DNA from: Puniceicoccaceae bacterium
GTDB taxonomy: Bacteria; Verrucomicrobiota; Verrucomicrobiia; Opitutales; JAFGAQ01
Reading direction: 5' to 3'
Length of the DNA stretch: 64,000 bases
Assembly: GCA_040224245.1 (NCBI GenBank)
Contig: JBEGIR010000068.1
Coordinates: 17,283 to 81,282, forward strand
In this document: one piece after another, positions 51,624 to 59,366 of the stretch
Position numbering within the stretch: position 1 is the stretch's first letter
How the letters are laid out: each line of letters starts with the position of its first letter
Translations under genes and position numbers: made by a program
Notes under the pieces: generated by a model
Databases searched by the model: none
Told to the model about the DNA's origin: nothing
Seen by the model: the letters and a program-made list of their open reading frames with translations, nothing else

Positions 51624-52994
51624 TTACAGCTCGCGAATCTTAATACTGTGAAAATGCACTTCGTCACCGTGGTCCTGGAGAAGAATGCGCCCTTCCGGGG
51701 CGAGTCCAAAGGCTTCCCATTCGTTGTATTTGCTTCGCTCTACCAAGGCATGGTACAATTCTGATCCGCGCTCATATTCGACAACCCGGCAATCGTTGAG
51801 CCAATGCTCTACACGCCCGTCTGGGAATACCACCAGGCGCGCATGGTGCCACTGCCCCGCATCGCGGGGAACCTCGCGGTGGGCGACCACTTTCCGCGAG
51901 GGGATCAGGTCATACAGTGAGGCCAGCGTGCGATTGCCAGCAGCCCCCTGGGTGGCGTCCTCATGCCGCTTGTCATCGAGCAACTGGTATTCCAGTCCGA
52001 TCGCCGATCCTTTGCCCACTTTCATGCCATAGGCTTCGGTCACAAAATACTTGATCCCGCTGTTGGCCCCTTCGGTCAGGAAAAAATCGAGCTGCAACTC
52101 AAACGCCCCGTAAGTGGCTTCGGTGACGATATCACCGGCAAACTGACTCTCCCCTCCTCCGGAGGACTCGATCACGAGCGTTCCATCACGCACCACCCAT
52201 CCCTTGTCCGGAAAAACCGTGTCGTGGGCACGGCGCCAACCCTGAGTCGATTTTCCGTCCCAGAGCAGCGACCATCCCTGCGCCGCTTCAGCGGGACTGA
52301 TCGAATTCGGAACAAAATTCCGCACAAGCACTTCGGGATCCAGTGCGGAGGGTGAAAGATCTTCGGTCTGGATCCGAATGTTGCGCCAAAAAATCCGTTG
52401 TCCTACATCCTCCGGTGAATAGATCGAATGCACCTGCAGTGCGATGAATCCACGCGCTGTCATCGAATCCACAACATGCGACATTTCAATCCCGTTGATC
52501 CACACCCGAAGGCTGTCCCCAATGGCCTCGATTCGAAAGCGATTCCACCGTCCATACTGGTAGGCTGACTTGCGTTCGGGCTGGTTTTCCGGCCGGTAGA
52601 GCCACCCCCGACGCGCTTCATCGTAGATTCCACCACTCCAGGCCCGCTCGGAAGGATCGATCTCGCACTGGTAACCATGCACCCTTCCATCCCGGTAATC
52701 CGGAGAACTCAGGCTGCGAAACTGAACCCCGCTGTTGCTCTTGCCCTCCTGCTTCACATCAAACTCGAGAATAAAATCGGAAAACTCCGATTCGGTGCAA
52801 AGGAACGAGTTCGGGGTATCTGCGACCGTTGTTCCCACGATGCAGCCATCAACAACCGCATAGGTCGCCTCTCCTCCACGTTGCACCCAACCGTCGAGGC
52901 TCTTGCCATCAAAGAGCGGTTTCCACGATGCAGCGGAAAGAAGTGAGGGAACAAGCACGATGCTCAGTAGGATGAAGAAACGTTTGATTCTCAT
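51624..52994 (-). CDS. secreted protein with two DUF1080 (3-keto-disaccharide hydrolase-like) domains
   Basis: Signal peptide (MRIKRFFILLSIVLVPSLLSA), then two copies of the DUF1080 pattern (WKPLFDGKSLDGW...NSGVQFRS and WSLLWDGKSTQGW...NSGIKYF). Confidence 0.85.
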   Translation of the reverse strand: MRIKRFFILLSIVLVPSLLSAASWKPLFDGKSLDGWVQRGGEATYAVVDGCIVGTTVADTPNSFLCTESEFSDFILEFDVKQEGKSNSGVQFRSLSSPDYRDGRVHGYQCEIDPSERAWSGGIYDEARRGWLYRPENQPERKSAYQYGRWNRFRIEAIGDSLRVWINGIEMSHVVDSMTARGFIALQVHSIYSPEDVGQRIFWRNIRIQTEDLSPSALDPEVLVRNFVPNSISPAEAAQGWSLLWDGKSTQGWRRAHDTVFPDKGWVVRDGTLVIESSGGGESQFAGDIVTEATYGAFELQLDFFLTEGANSGIKYFVTEAYGMKVGKGSAIGLEYQLLDDKRHEDATQGAAGNRTLASLYDLIPSRKVVAHREVPRDAGQWHHARLVVFPDGRVEHWLNDCRVVEYERGSELYHALVERSKYNEWEAFGLAPEGRILLQDHGDEVHFHSIKIREL

Positions 52995-53069
52995 GGGATA
53001 AGGGGGTTCAGGTTGATGCCAATGCAATGGCGTGTTTCATTCCTATCAGCCGATGTTTGGAGAATTCCC

Positions 53070-53100
53070 GATTTTTTTCTGATTTTTTTCTGATTTTTTC
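53070..53100. repeat. T-rich tandem repeat, three copies of gattttttt(c)t
   Basis: gatttttttct gatttttttct gattttttc read directly in the divergent intergenic region between the DUF1080 gene and the ECF sigma gene. Confidence 0.9.
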
Positions 53101-53150
53101 AGGAAATTACCTCAAATTGGCTGAAACCTTGAAACAACGCACTTTAACCG

Positions 53151-53681
53151 ATGAAGCAGGATTCTGACAGCCAATTTGTAAGATTCTTGAGCCAATCCCA
53201 TTCCGCGCTCTACTCCTACATCTATTCACTGCATCCCCACGCCGCCGATGTCGACGACATCCTGCAGGAAACCTCAGCCAGTCTCTGGAAACGTTTTGAT
53301 GAGTTTGACCCACTCAAAGGGGACTTTCTCCCATGGGCGTTCCGCTTCGCCTACTTCGAGGTGCTGCGTTTTCGCAAACAGCGCACTCGCAGCCGAATGA
53401 TCTTTGATGAATCCCTGCTCGAGCAACTCTCAGATACCCTGCACCAGGAATCGGAAGTGTTGAACCGTCGAAACCGATTTCTGCAATCCTGCATCTCACG
53501 TCTGCCTGACCGGGACCAGGCCCTGCTGACCTGTCGCTATGGTTCGGATTCCAATGTCGTTTCATTTGCAAGGCACCACAAGCTTCCGGTCAAACACCTG
53601 TACCGCGAACTCGAACGCATCCGCTTGCTGTTGTTTCGCTGCGTCGACCGGCAGCTCAACCGTTTGGGGGATCACGTATGA
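53151..53681 (+). CDS. ECF-type RNA polymerase sigma-70 family factor
   Basis: 176 aa. Region 2 (DVDDILQETSASLWKRF...WAFRFAYFEVL) and region 4 (LPDRDQALLTCRY...). Its stop overlaps the next start (ATGA). Confidence 0.9.
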   Translation: MKQDSDSQFVRFLSQSHSALYSYIYSLHPHAADVDDILQETSASLWKRFDEFDPLKGDFLPWAFRFAYFEVLRFRKQRTRSRMIFDESLLEQLSDTLHQESEVLNRRNRFLQSCISRLPDRDQALLTCRYGSDSNVVSFARHHKLPVKHLYRELERIRLLLFRCVDRQLNRLGDHV

Positions 53682-55237
53682 ACCGGATTGAACGTGATCA
53701 ACTTCTGCGACTGATCTCCCGTCAGATCGAACAGCGCATCTCAGAATCCGAGGCAATCCAGCTGCAGGATGCACTGCGAAAGAGTGAAGTCGCCCGGCGT
53801 CTCTATGTGCAGATGATGCACCAGGAGGCAGAGCTGCTGCAGAACGCTGCAAGGTTCTCCACTCCCGACGCTTCCCTTTCCCCCACGCTGCGGGTGGACT
53901 GGAAACATCGCTGGTTCGCCATTGCTTTGGCAGCCTGCGTCGCCTTGATTGCCTCCGCAGTCTCCGTTCACCTTTGGAATACGGTGCCAGACTCTGATCA
54001 ACCCGCCGTTGCTGCCTTGCGTCGCGCTCACGATTCCCAGGTGAAATTACTGCACTCCGGACACCATCGCCTGCAATCCGGCACCTACACCATCGATTTT
54101 TTCTCCGGTGCCCAACTCCAGATGCAGGGTCCCGCTTCCTTCCACATACATGATGAGATGCACATCGAGGTGGAACGCGGCTCCATGGTCGCAAATGTCA
54201 CAAAGGATGCACGCGGATTTCGCATCACTTCTCCCGGTGCTTCCTTTGTGGATCTGGGAACGGAATTCGCCCTGAGCATTGCACCCGATGACGCCCAACT
54301 GAAAGTATTTCGAGGCCAGGTCCTCGCCAATACCACCAACCCCAAAGGCTCCACAGAGCGCAGTCTGCTCGTCGAACCGGGTCCCGTTTTGCGATACGAC
54401 GGCAATCAGGGGCGCTACCACTCCCTGCCCGGTGATCATCGTGACTTCGACACCTTCCACTTTCACAGCACGGCACCTCTCAACAAGATGGAGGCCTATC
54501 AGAAATCCATCTTTCACTCCTCTCCCACATTCTACTGGGACTTTCAGGAGAGTGAACCCGGTTCCTTTCCCGACCAGATCCAGGGTCGGCTGCTTCGCGC
54601 CAGCGGAAGCCAGATTCAGCGCTCAGCACACTCGGACAATCAGGCCGTCCGCTTTCTTCCCGATGAAGCCTTCCATATGCTGGAGCTGCAAGGCTTACTG
54701 CCATTCGAAAGCAATCAGCCCTTTTCCATCGAATTCCTGTTTTGCAGTGACCAGCTGCGCCGCTCTTCCCTGCTCGCCATGTTTGTTCCGGATTCTGTCA
54801 CGTCAACGGGCAGTTCCGACCACTTCATCCTGATTGAAATCATGTCCCGTCAAGACGTGTTTTCCCATGCTCCCGGCGTGCTTCGCAGCACCTACCGACC
54901 CAAGCCCAGCGCCAATGCCATGGATGGGATCAACGCGTTTTCACGCACCCAAATCCTTCCGGGTTCCTGGAATCACGTTGCACTCACCTTCGATGGAACT
55001 GCCTTGCGCAGTTACCTGAACGGTGAACTGGAAAGCCACATTCACCTGCACAGCGAGGAAATCTCACAGGCGGGGCAATATGCAATGGTGCTCGGCCAAA
55101 CATCACGCTTCGAGGTGCCCCATATTCCATCCGGCACCTATCGACCGTTTATCGGTTCCATCGATGAGCTGGCGATTTATGATCGCGCACTGAGTGCATC
55201 CGAAATCCAGGAACGCCTTGCGCTTATTCCGAAGTGA
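53678..55237 (+). CDS. anti-sigma factor, FecR-like with C-terminal LamG/concanavalin-like domain
   Basis: N-terminal anti-sigma helix region, one TM (WFAIALAACVALIASAV), a FecR-like middle (RITSPGASFVDLGTEFAL), and a LamG-like C-terminus (WNHVALTFDGTALRSYLNGEL...GSIDELAIYDRALS). Confidence 0.8.
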   Translation: MNRIERDQLLRLISRQIEQRISESEAIQLQDALRKSEVARRLYVQMMHQEAELLQNAARFSTPDASLSPTLRVDWKHRWFAIALAACVALIASAVSVHLWNTVPDSDQPAVAALRRAHDSQVKLLHSGHHRLQSGTYTIDFFSGAQLQMQGPASFHIHDEMHIEVERGSMVANVTKDARGFRITSPGASFVDLGTEFALSIAPDDAQLKVFRGQVLANTTNPKGSTERSLLVEPGPVLRYDGNQGRYHSLPGDHRDFDTFHFHSTAPLNKMEAYQKSIFHSSPTFYWDFQESEPGSFPDQIQGRLLRASGSQIQRSAHSDNQAVRFLPDEAFHMLELQGLLPFESNQPFSIEFLFCSDQLRRSSLLAMFVPDSVTSTGSSDHFILIEIMSRQDVFSHAPGVLRSTYRPKPSANAMDGINAFSRTQILPGSWNHVALTFDGTALRSYLNGELESHIHLHSEEISQAGQYAMVLGQTSRFEVPHIPSGTYRPFIGSIDELAIYDRALSASEIQERLALIPK

Positions 55238-56576
55238 CAGCTCCCTTGCGGGACTTTGAAAGCAGTCCGGCAAACAGGCTCTCGAGCGGAACACCTTTGG
55301 TTTCAGGCATCTGCAATCGAATCCAGAGCAGTTGCAGCACCATCATTCCTGCAAAAAATGTAAAGATCTGCCAGGCGGCAAAGGTCGCCACGACAAAGGG
55401 AAAAATCAGCGTTATCCCCGCTGCAAAGATCCAGTGCGTTGCAGACCCGAGTGCCTGACCCTCTGCACGATGTCGAGGAGGGAAAATTTCCGAAATGAAT
55501 ACCCAAATCACTGCGCCCTGCCCCACCGCATGCGAGGCAATGAACGCAAAAATGCAGTAGGGAACCATCGCAAAGGTCCCGGAATGAAAAGCCCAGGCAC
55601 ACAAGGTGAGCGAACTGATGTACCCGAGCGAACCCACAACCATCAAGGTGCGGCGCCCCAATCGATCTATCAGCCACAGCCCGACAAAGGTGAATACCAG
55701 ATTCGTGATGCCGATGCCTGCCGATTGCAGCAGTGCTGCCTGTTCGCCAAGGCCCGTCAACTCGAAGATGCGCGGAGCAAAATAGAGAACGGCATTGATG
55801 CCCGAGAGCTGGTTGAAGGCTGCAATGAGAAAGGCCAGACTGATCGGACGTCGCAACGTCGAACTCCAGAACCGACCCCGACTGCCCGCACTTTGCGCAG
55901 CATGTTCGATCTCGTTGAGCTTCTCATTCAATTGACCCGAAGCGGCTTCGGGTTCCACTTGCTTCAGGATGTTGAACGCGCCTGTCCGGTCGTTCCGCCG
56001 CGTCAACAGCCACCGTGGACTTTCCGGGATGCGCAGGCTGAACACCACATACAGCACGGCTGGCAATGCCTCCACTCCCAGCATCCATCGCCATGAATGC
56101 TGCCCCGTCTCACTGAGCCATGCGTTCGACAAGAAGGCGATCAAAATGCCGAGCACGATATTCAACTGAAACATGCCCGTCAGCCGCCCCCGCCACCGTG
56201 GCGGTGCTAGTTCTGAAATGTACAGCGGTGCAGCAACGGTGGACACTCCGACTGCTATGCCTCCCAGAAATCGAAACACCATGAACGACAGCACTTCGGG
56301 CGCGAGGGCAGAGCCAATTGCGGATACCAGATAAAACACACCGATGCACTCAAGGGTGCGCTTGCGCCCCCATCGCTCCGTCGGAAATCCGCCAAAAACC
56401 GCACCGATGACTGTGCCCCACAGGGCCATGCTGACCGCGAGGCCGTGCAGACTCGGACTCAACTGCCAAAGGTTCTGAATCGATTGCTCCGCACCCGAAA
56501 TCACAACGGTATCGAAGCCAAATAAAAATCCGCCCAGCGCAGCAACCAGCGCGCAGCGAAACACGTAAGCACTCAT
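55224..56576 (-). CDS. MFS sugar porter
   Basis: 12-TM ORF with sugar-porter signatures GRKRTL, IPESPRWLLTR and MPETKGVPLE. Confidence 0.92.
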   Translation of the reverse strand: MSAYVFRCALVAALGGFLFGFDTVVISGAEQSIQNLWQLSPSLHGLAVSMALWGTVIGAVFGGFPTERWGRKRTLECIGVFYLVSAIGSALAPEVLSFMVFRFLGGIAVGVSTVAAPLYISELAPPRWRGRLTGMFQLNIVLGILIAFLSNAWLSETGQHSWRWMLGVEALPAVLYVVFSLRIPESPRWLLTRRNDRTGAFNILKQVEPEAASGQLNEKLNEIEHAAQSAGSRGRFWSSTLRRPISLAFLIAAFNQLSGINAVLYFAPRIFELTGLGEQAALLQSAGIGITNLVFTFVGLWLIDRLGRRTLMVVGSLGYISSLTLCAWAFHSGTFAMVPYCIFAFIASHAVGQGAVIWVFISEIFPPRHRAEGQALGSATHWIFAAGITLIFPFVVATFAAWQIFTFFAGMMVLQLLWIRLQMPETKGVPLESLFAGLLSKSRKGAVTSE

Positions 56577-56647
56577 ATCAGTCAGGGGTTGGGGTTCACG
56601 TCTTCAGGCTCAATAGCCACCTTAACCCCGCCTGCCACAATCACAAG

Positions 56648-56693
56648 CCCAGAGTAAAGGTCGCACTCCACTGCGTTGAACCCAGAGTAGAGG
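56648..56693. promoter_or_regulatory. 13-nt direct repeat upstream of the sugar porter (candidate operator)
   Basis: cccagagtaaagg (56648-56660) and cccagagtagagg (56681-56693) are 33 nt apart and lie 72-117 nt upstream of the MFS start. Next to them is the hairpin gggagca-tccc-tgctccc. Confidence 0.35.
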
Positions 56694-56730
56694 GAGCATC
56701 CCTGCTCCCTTCCCCAGCACCTAAAAAAAC

Positions 56731-58290
56731 TCAGCCCTTGCGAAACCAATTCCGCCGACGCTGCGCCGCATCCTGCAATGCTGCAATCTGCTGCTGCGCA
56801 TCCCCGAGCTTGTGCTGCAACTGGTCCCGCAACTCCCGCTCCTGTCGGAGTTCCGATTGCAGGGTCTCGGCCAACATGCGGGCCTGTTCGGATTCTGATC
56901 GCAACCGTTCCTGCCGGGCCTTCGCCGATTCCACGATTTTTTCCAACTCCGCAGCATGCGCCTGTTGGCGGGCCACTTCTTCGTGCAGATGTTGTTCACT
57001 GGTCTTCAGCTGAGACACTGTCTCCAGCAACTCTGCAACCCGCTGCTGGGTCGCCTGTTTGCTCGTGTGTTCTTCACAAAGGGAACCCAGCACGCCGAGG
57101 TCACGGTGCTGCAACAACCACACCTCCAGCAGGAGCGGTTGATCGAGCAGGGAACGGTCCAGCACTGGCAAAAACACATGCCCGTCGTCCGACTCCGAAA
57201 AGAGCCGCAGAAATCGCTCATGCGGCAATCGATGCGTTCCTTTGCCTAATGTGAAGGCATCAAAGTCAGAGGGTTCCCCTGCTTCAAACAGGGGCTTTCC
57301 AGTTCCCGCGTGCAACAATCGTACCGAGGCGATGTCCACGATCCCCAACGAGGTGGAGGGATCAAGGCGCAACAGGTGAATTCCGGCATCGGGGATGCGA
57401 TCCAGCAATATGGCGATGCGCGACCAGACACCCTTGGCATATCGCTGCGACCGGATGTTGCGCCCCGCGTAGCCTTGTGCATCCGGAATGTAAACCTCAA
57501 ACGCATCCCGCACCTGCAATGAGCGTCGATCCCGCTCAGGCTTGGAATCCATCACCGCTTCAAACAGGCAATCGATGTTTGCCTCATACAGTTCGCGGTG
57601 GTGTTCAAACAACTTGCGAAACGAATAGAGCATGCGCTTGCGGTCCAGTCCCGCCATACTGCCCTGCGTTTTGCGGTAATAAAAAAGGATTTCGTCGATG
57701 CGATGCACGCCAACGCCTTTCGCGATCAAGGCCAGCCAGAAGTCATAGTCTTCCCAGCCATAAATCATATCCGTCTGGTATCCGCCAACTGCCTCCCAAT
57801 CCTGCTTGCGAAACATCGCTGACGCGAACAGCTGCGGTGACAGCAGAATTCCCGGAAAATCATAGGGTTCGAGCTGCCACTCCCCTTGTTCCTCGCCAAA
57901 CAATTCGGCCCGGCAATACACAATGCCGATGTGTTGCTGTTGCTCCAGTATCTCGAACGCCTTGCGTGCATAGGTTGCATGAATGCGGTCATCCGAATCC
58001 AATGGCAGGATGTACCGCCCCTTTGCCCGCTGAATGCCCTCGTTGCGAGCCGCTGCCAGTCCCTGGTTCTCCGTGCTGATCACTTGCACCCTCGCATCGT
58101 CGATTTCTTCAACCATTCGCCGCGTGACCGGATCGGTGGAGCCATCATTCACGACAATCACTTCGACGCCCTCAAGATCCTGCATGAGTGCAGATGCCAC
58201 AGCTTCCGCCAACCAGATTCCCTGATTATAACAGGGAATGATGATCGATACGTTCACCGTTCCATCCGATTCTGATCCGTTTGCTTGCAT
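56731..58290 (-). CDS. GT2 glycosyltransferase with a long C-terminal coiled-coil
   Basis: VSIIIPCYNQG...VIVVNDGSTD and LDSDD (DxD) at the N-terminus. The last ~110 aa are heptad-like and charged (ELLETVSQLKTSEQHLHEEVARQQAHAAELEKIVESAKARQERL...). Confidence 0.85.
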   Translation of the reverse strand: MQANGSESDGTVNVSIIIPCYNQGIWLAEAVASALMQDLEGVEVIVVNDGSTDPVTRRMVEEIDDARVQVISTENQGLAAARNEGIQRAKGRYILPLDSDDRIHATYARKAFEILEQQQHIGIVYCRAELFGEEQGEWQLEPYDFPGILLSPQLFASAMFRKQDWEAVGGYQTDMIYGWEDYDFWLALIAKGVGVHRIDEILFYYRKTQGSMAGLDRKRMLYSFRKLFEHHRELYEANIDCLFEAVMDSKPERDRRSLQVRDAFEVYIPDAQGYAGRNIRSQRYAKGVWSRIAILLDRIPDAGIHLLRLDPSTSLGIVDIASVRLLHAGTGKPLFEAGEPSDFDAFTLGKGTHRLPHERFLRLFSESDDGHVFLPVLDRSLLDQPLLLEVWLLQHRDLGVLGSLCEEHTSKQATQQRVAELLETVSQLKTSEQHLHEEVARQQAHAAELEKIVESAKARQERLRSESEQARMLAETLQSELRQERELRDQLQHKLGDAQQQIAALQDAAQRRRNWFRKG

Positions 58291-58459
58291 TCAGATTGCA
58301 TCTACTTGAATGAACCCCACCAAACGTCATCAGATCCAGAAAGACAATGCAGAATTTGCCAGGGACAGTGCACGAGGGAAATCCGTCGGCACTCACAGCA
58401 CGGTGAAGCCGACGGTCCCTGCGATGCTTGTCTATCTCAGTATTCGAGACAAATCGCCC

Positions 58460-58645
58460 TTAACTGCGCTTTCGCTGCATCCGCTCTGCTTCGTAGCACT
58501 TCCTGCCCAAAGGGGTAAGATCCTCTGGAAGGATGTTTCGAAACTCCTGCTCGGTCATTCGCCGATACAGCTCTTTCAGTTCGGTTTCCGTCGGCTCTCC
58601 TTCGGGCGACAGATATTGGATCAGTTTGGAAAAAAATGTTTTCAT
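58460..58645 (-). CDS. possible small protein (61 aa), unknown function
   Basis: ATG-initiated ORF with a protein-like, helical, charged composition (MKTFFSKLIQYLSPEGEPTETELKELYRRMTEQEF...). It is on the same strand as the downstream GT2 gene. No homology is recognisable. Confidence 0.3.
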   Translation of the reverse strand: MKTFFSKLIQYLSPEGEPTETELKELYRRMTEQEFRNILPEDLTPLGRKCYEAERMQRKRS

Positions 58646-59366
58646 AGGTCGTTGTGCATTCGCTATGGAATGCGTTTAGGCATGATTCCGCCCCAGCTTC
58701 ACAATGCCGGCGACGGTATGGATTTGTGCATTTGCAAACCCTCCATCAGACAGCTCCAGTACGGGGTTTCACCCAACCGGAGAACTCCCAAATCCATCAA
58801 AGCGATGGGGGTGGCCTTGACCAATGGCCCACCCGAAACAACTGATTTTGCGTACGATCCTCTGCATTGAGCCATGCAAATTCCAAACCTTCGCTATCGA
58901 CACAAGGGGTCAGGATACGGTTGTGATCCCTGCTTGACGCTACTGGTGGTTCAAACGGTCGCGGTTCTTCCAACTGTCGCCAGCCTGGACCCGCATCCCG
59001 AGGTTGCAGGCTCCAATGGATCTCCATTGTGCCCGGTGCATGGATCGTTGCGTCGCTCCGGTAACCCGAAACCGTCAATTCCGTGCGGGTCATGCCTGCA
59101 CTGATTGCCAGACATAGCCAGAGACAAAACAAACAACTGTGGATCCAACGTTTCGTAAGGGCAGAAATATCCGGATGCCCATTTGCCTGTCAAGCGTTGG
59201 AACGCTCCCCCTGCAATCCTGAGCAGTGCTTGCACCAACCCCTCGATTTCCCCTTCACACTGCCACCCATTTGATTGCATTTGCTTATAGTTTGTATAAG
59301 CGCTTGATGCGATTTGCGTTGTCCACCCATTACGATGCAACGCGTGATCAACCCTCGATCCGATTC

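Noticed and set aside
50093-51643. 516-aa plus-strand ORF, the longest unexplained ORF in the track
   Set aside because: It is exactly antisense to the 446-aa Gfo/Idh/MocA gene, which has a Tat signal and a Rossmann motif. Its composition is Arg/His/Ile-rich and it has no domain features.
53070-53100. CRISPR-like or minisatellite array
   Set aside because: There are only three contiguous 9-11-nt T-rich units with no spacers. No other spaced repeats were seen anywhere in the window.
55224-55237. 14-nt overlap of the 3' ends of the anti-sigma gene and the MFS gene
   Set aside because: This is a simple convergent stop-codon overlap with no sign of functional significance.
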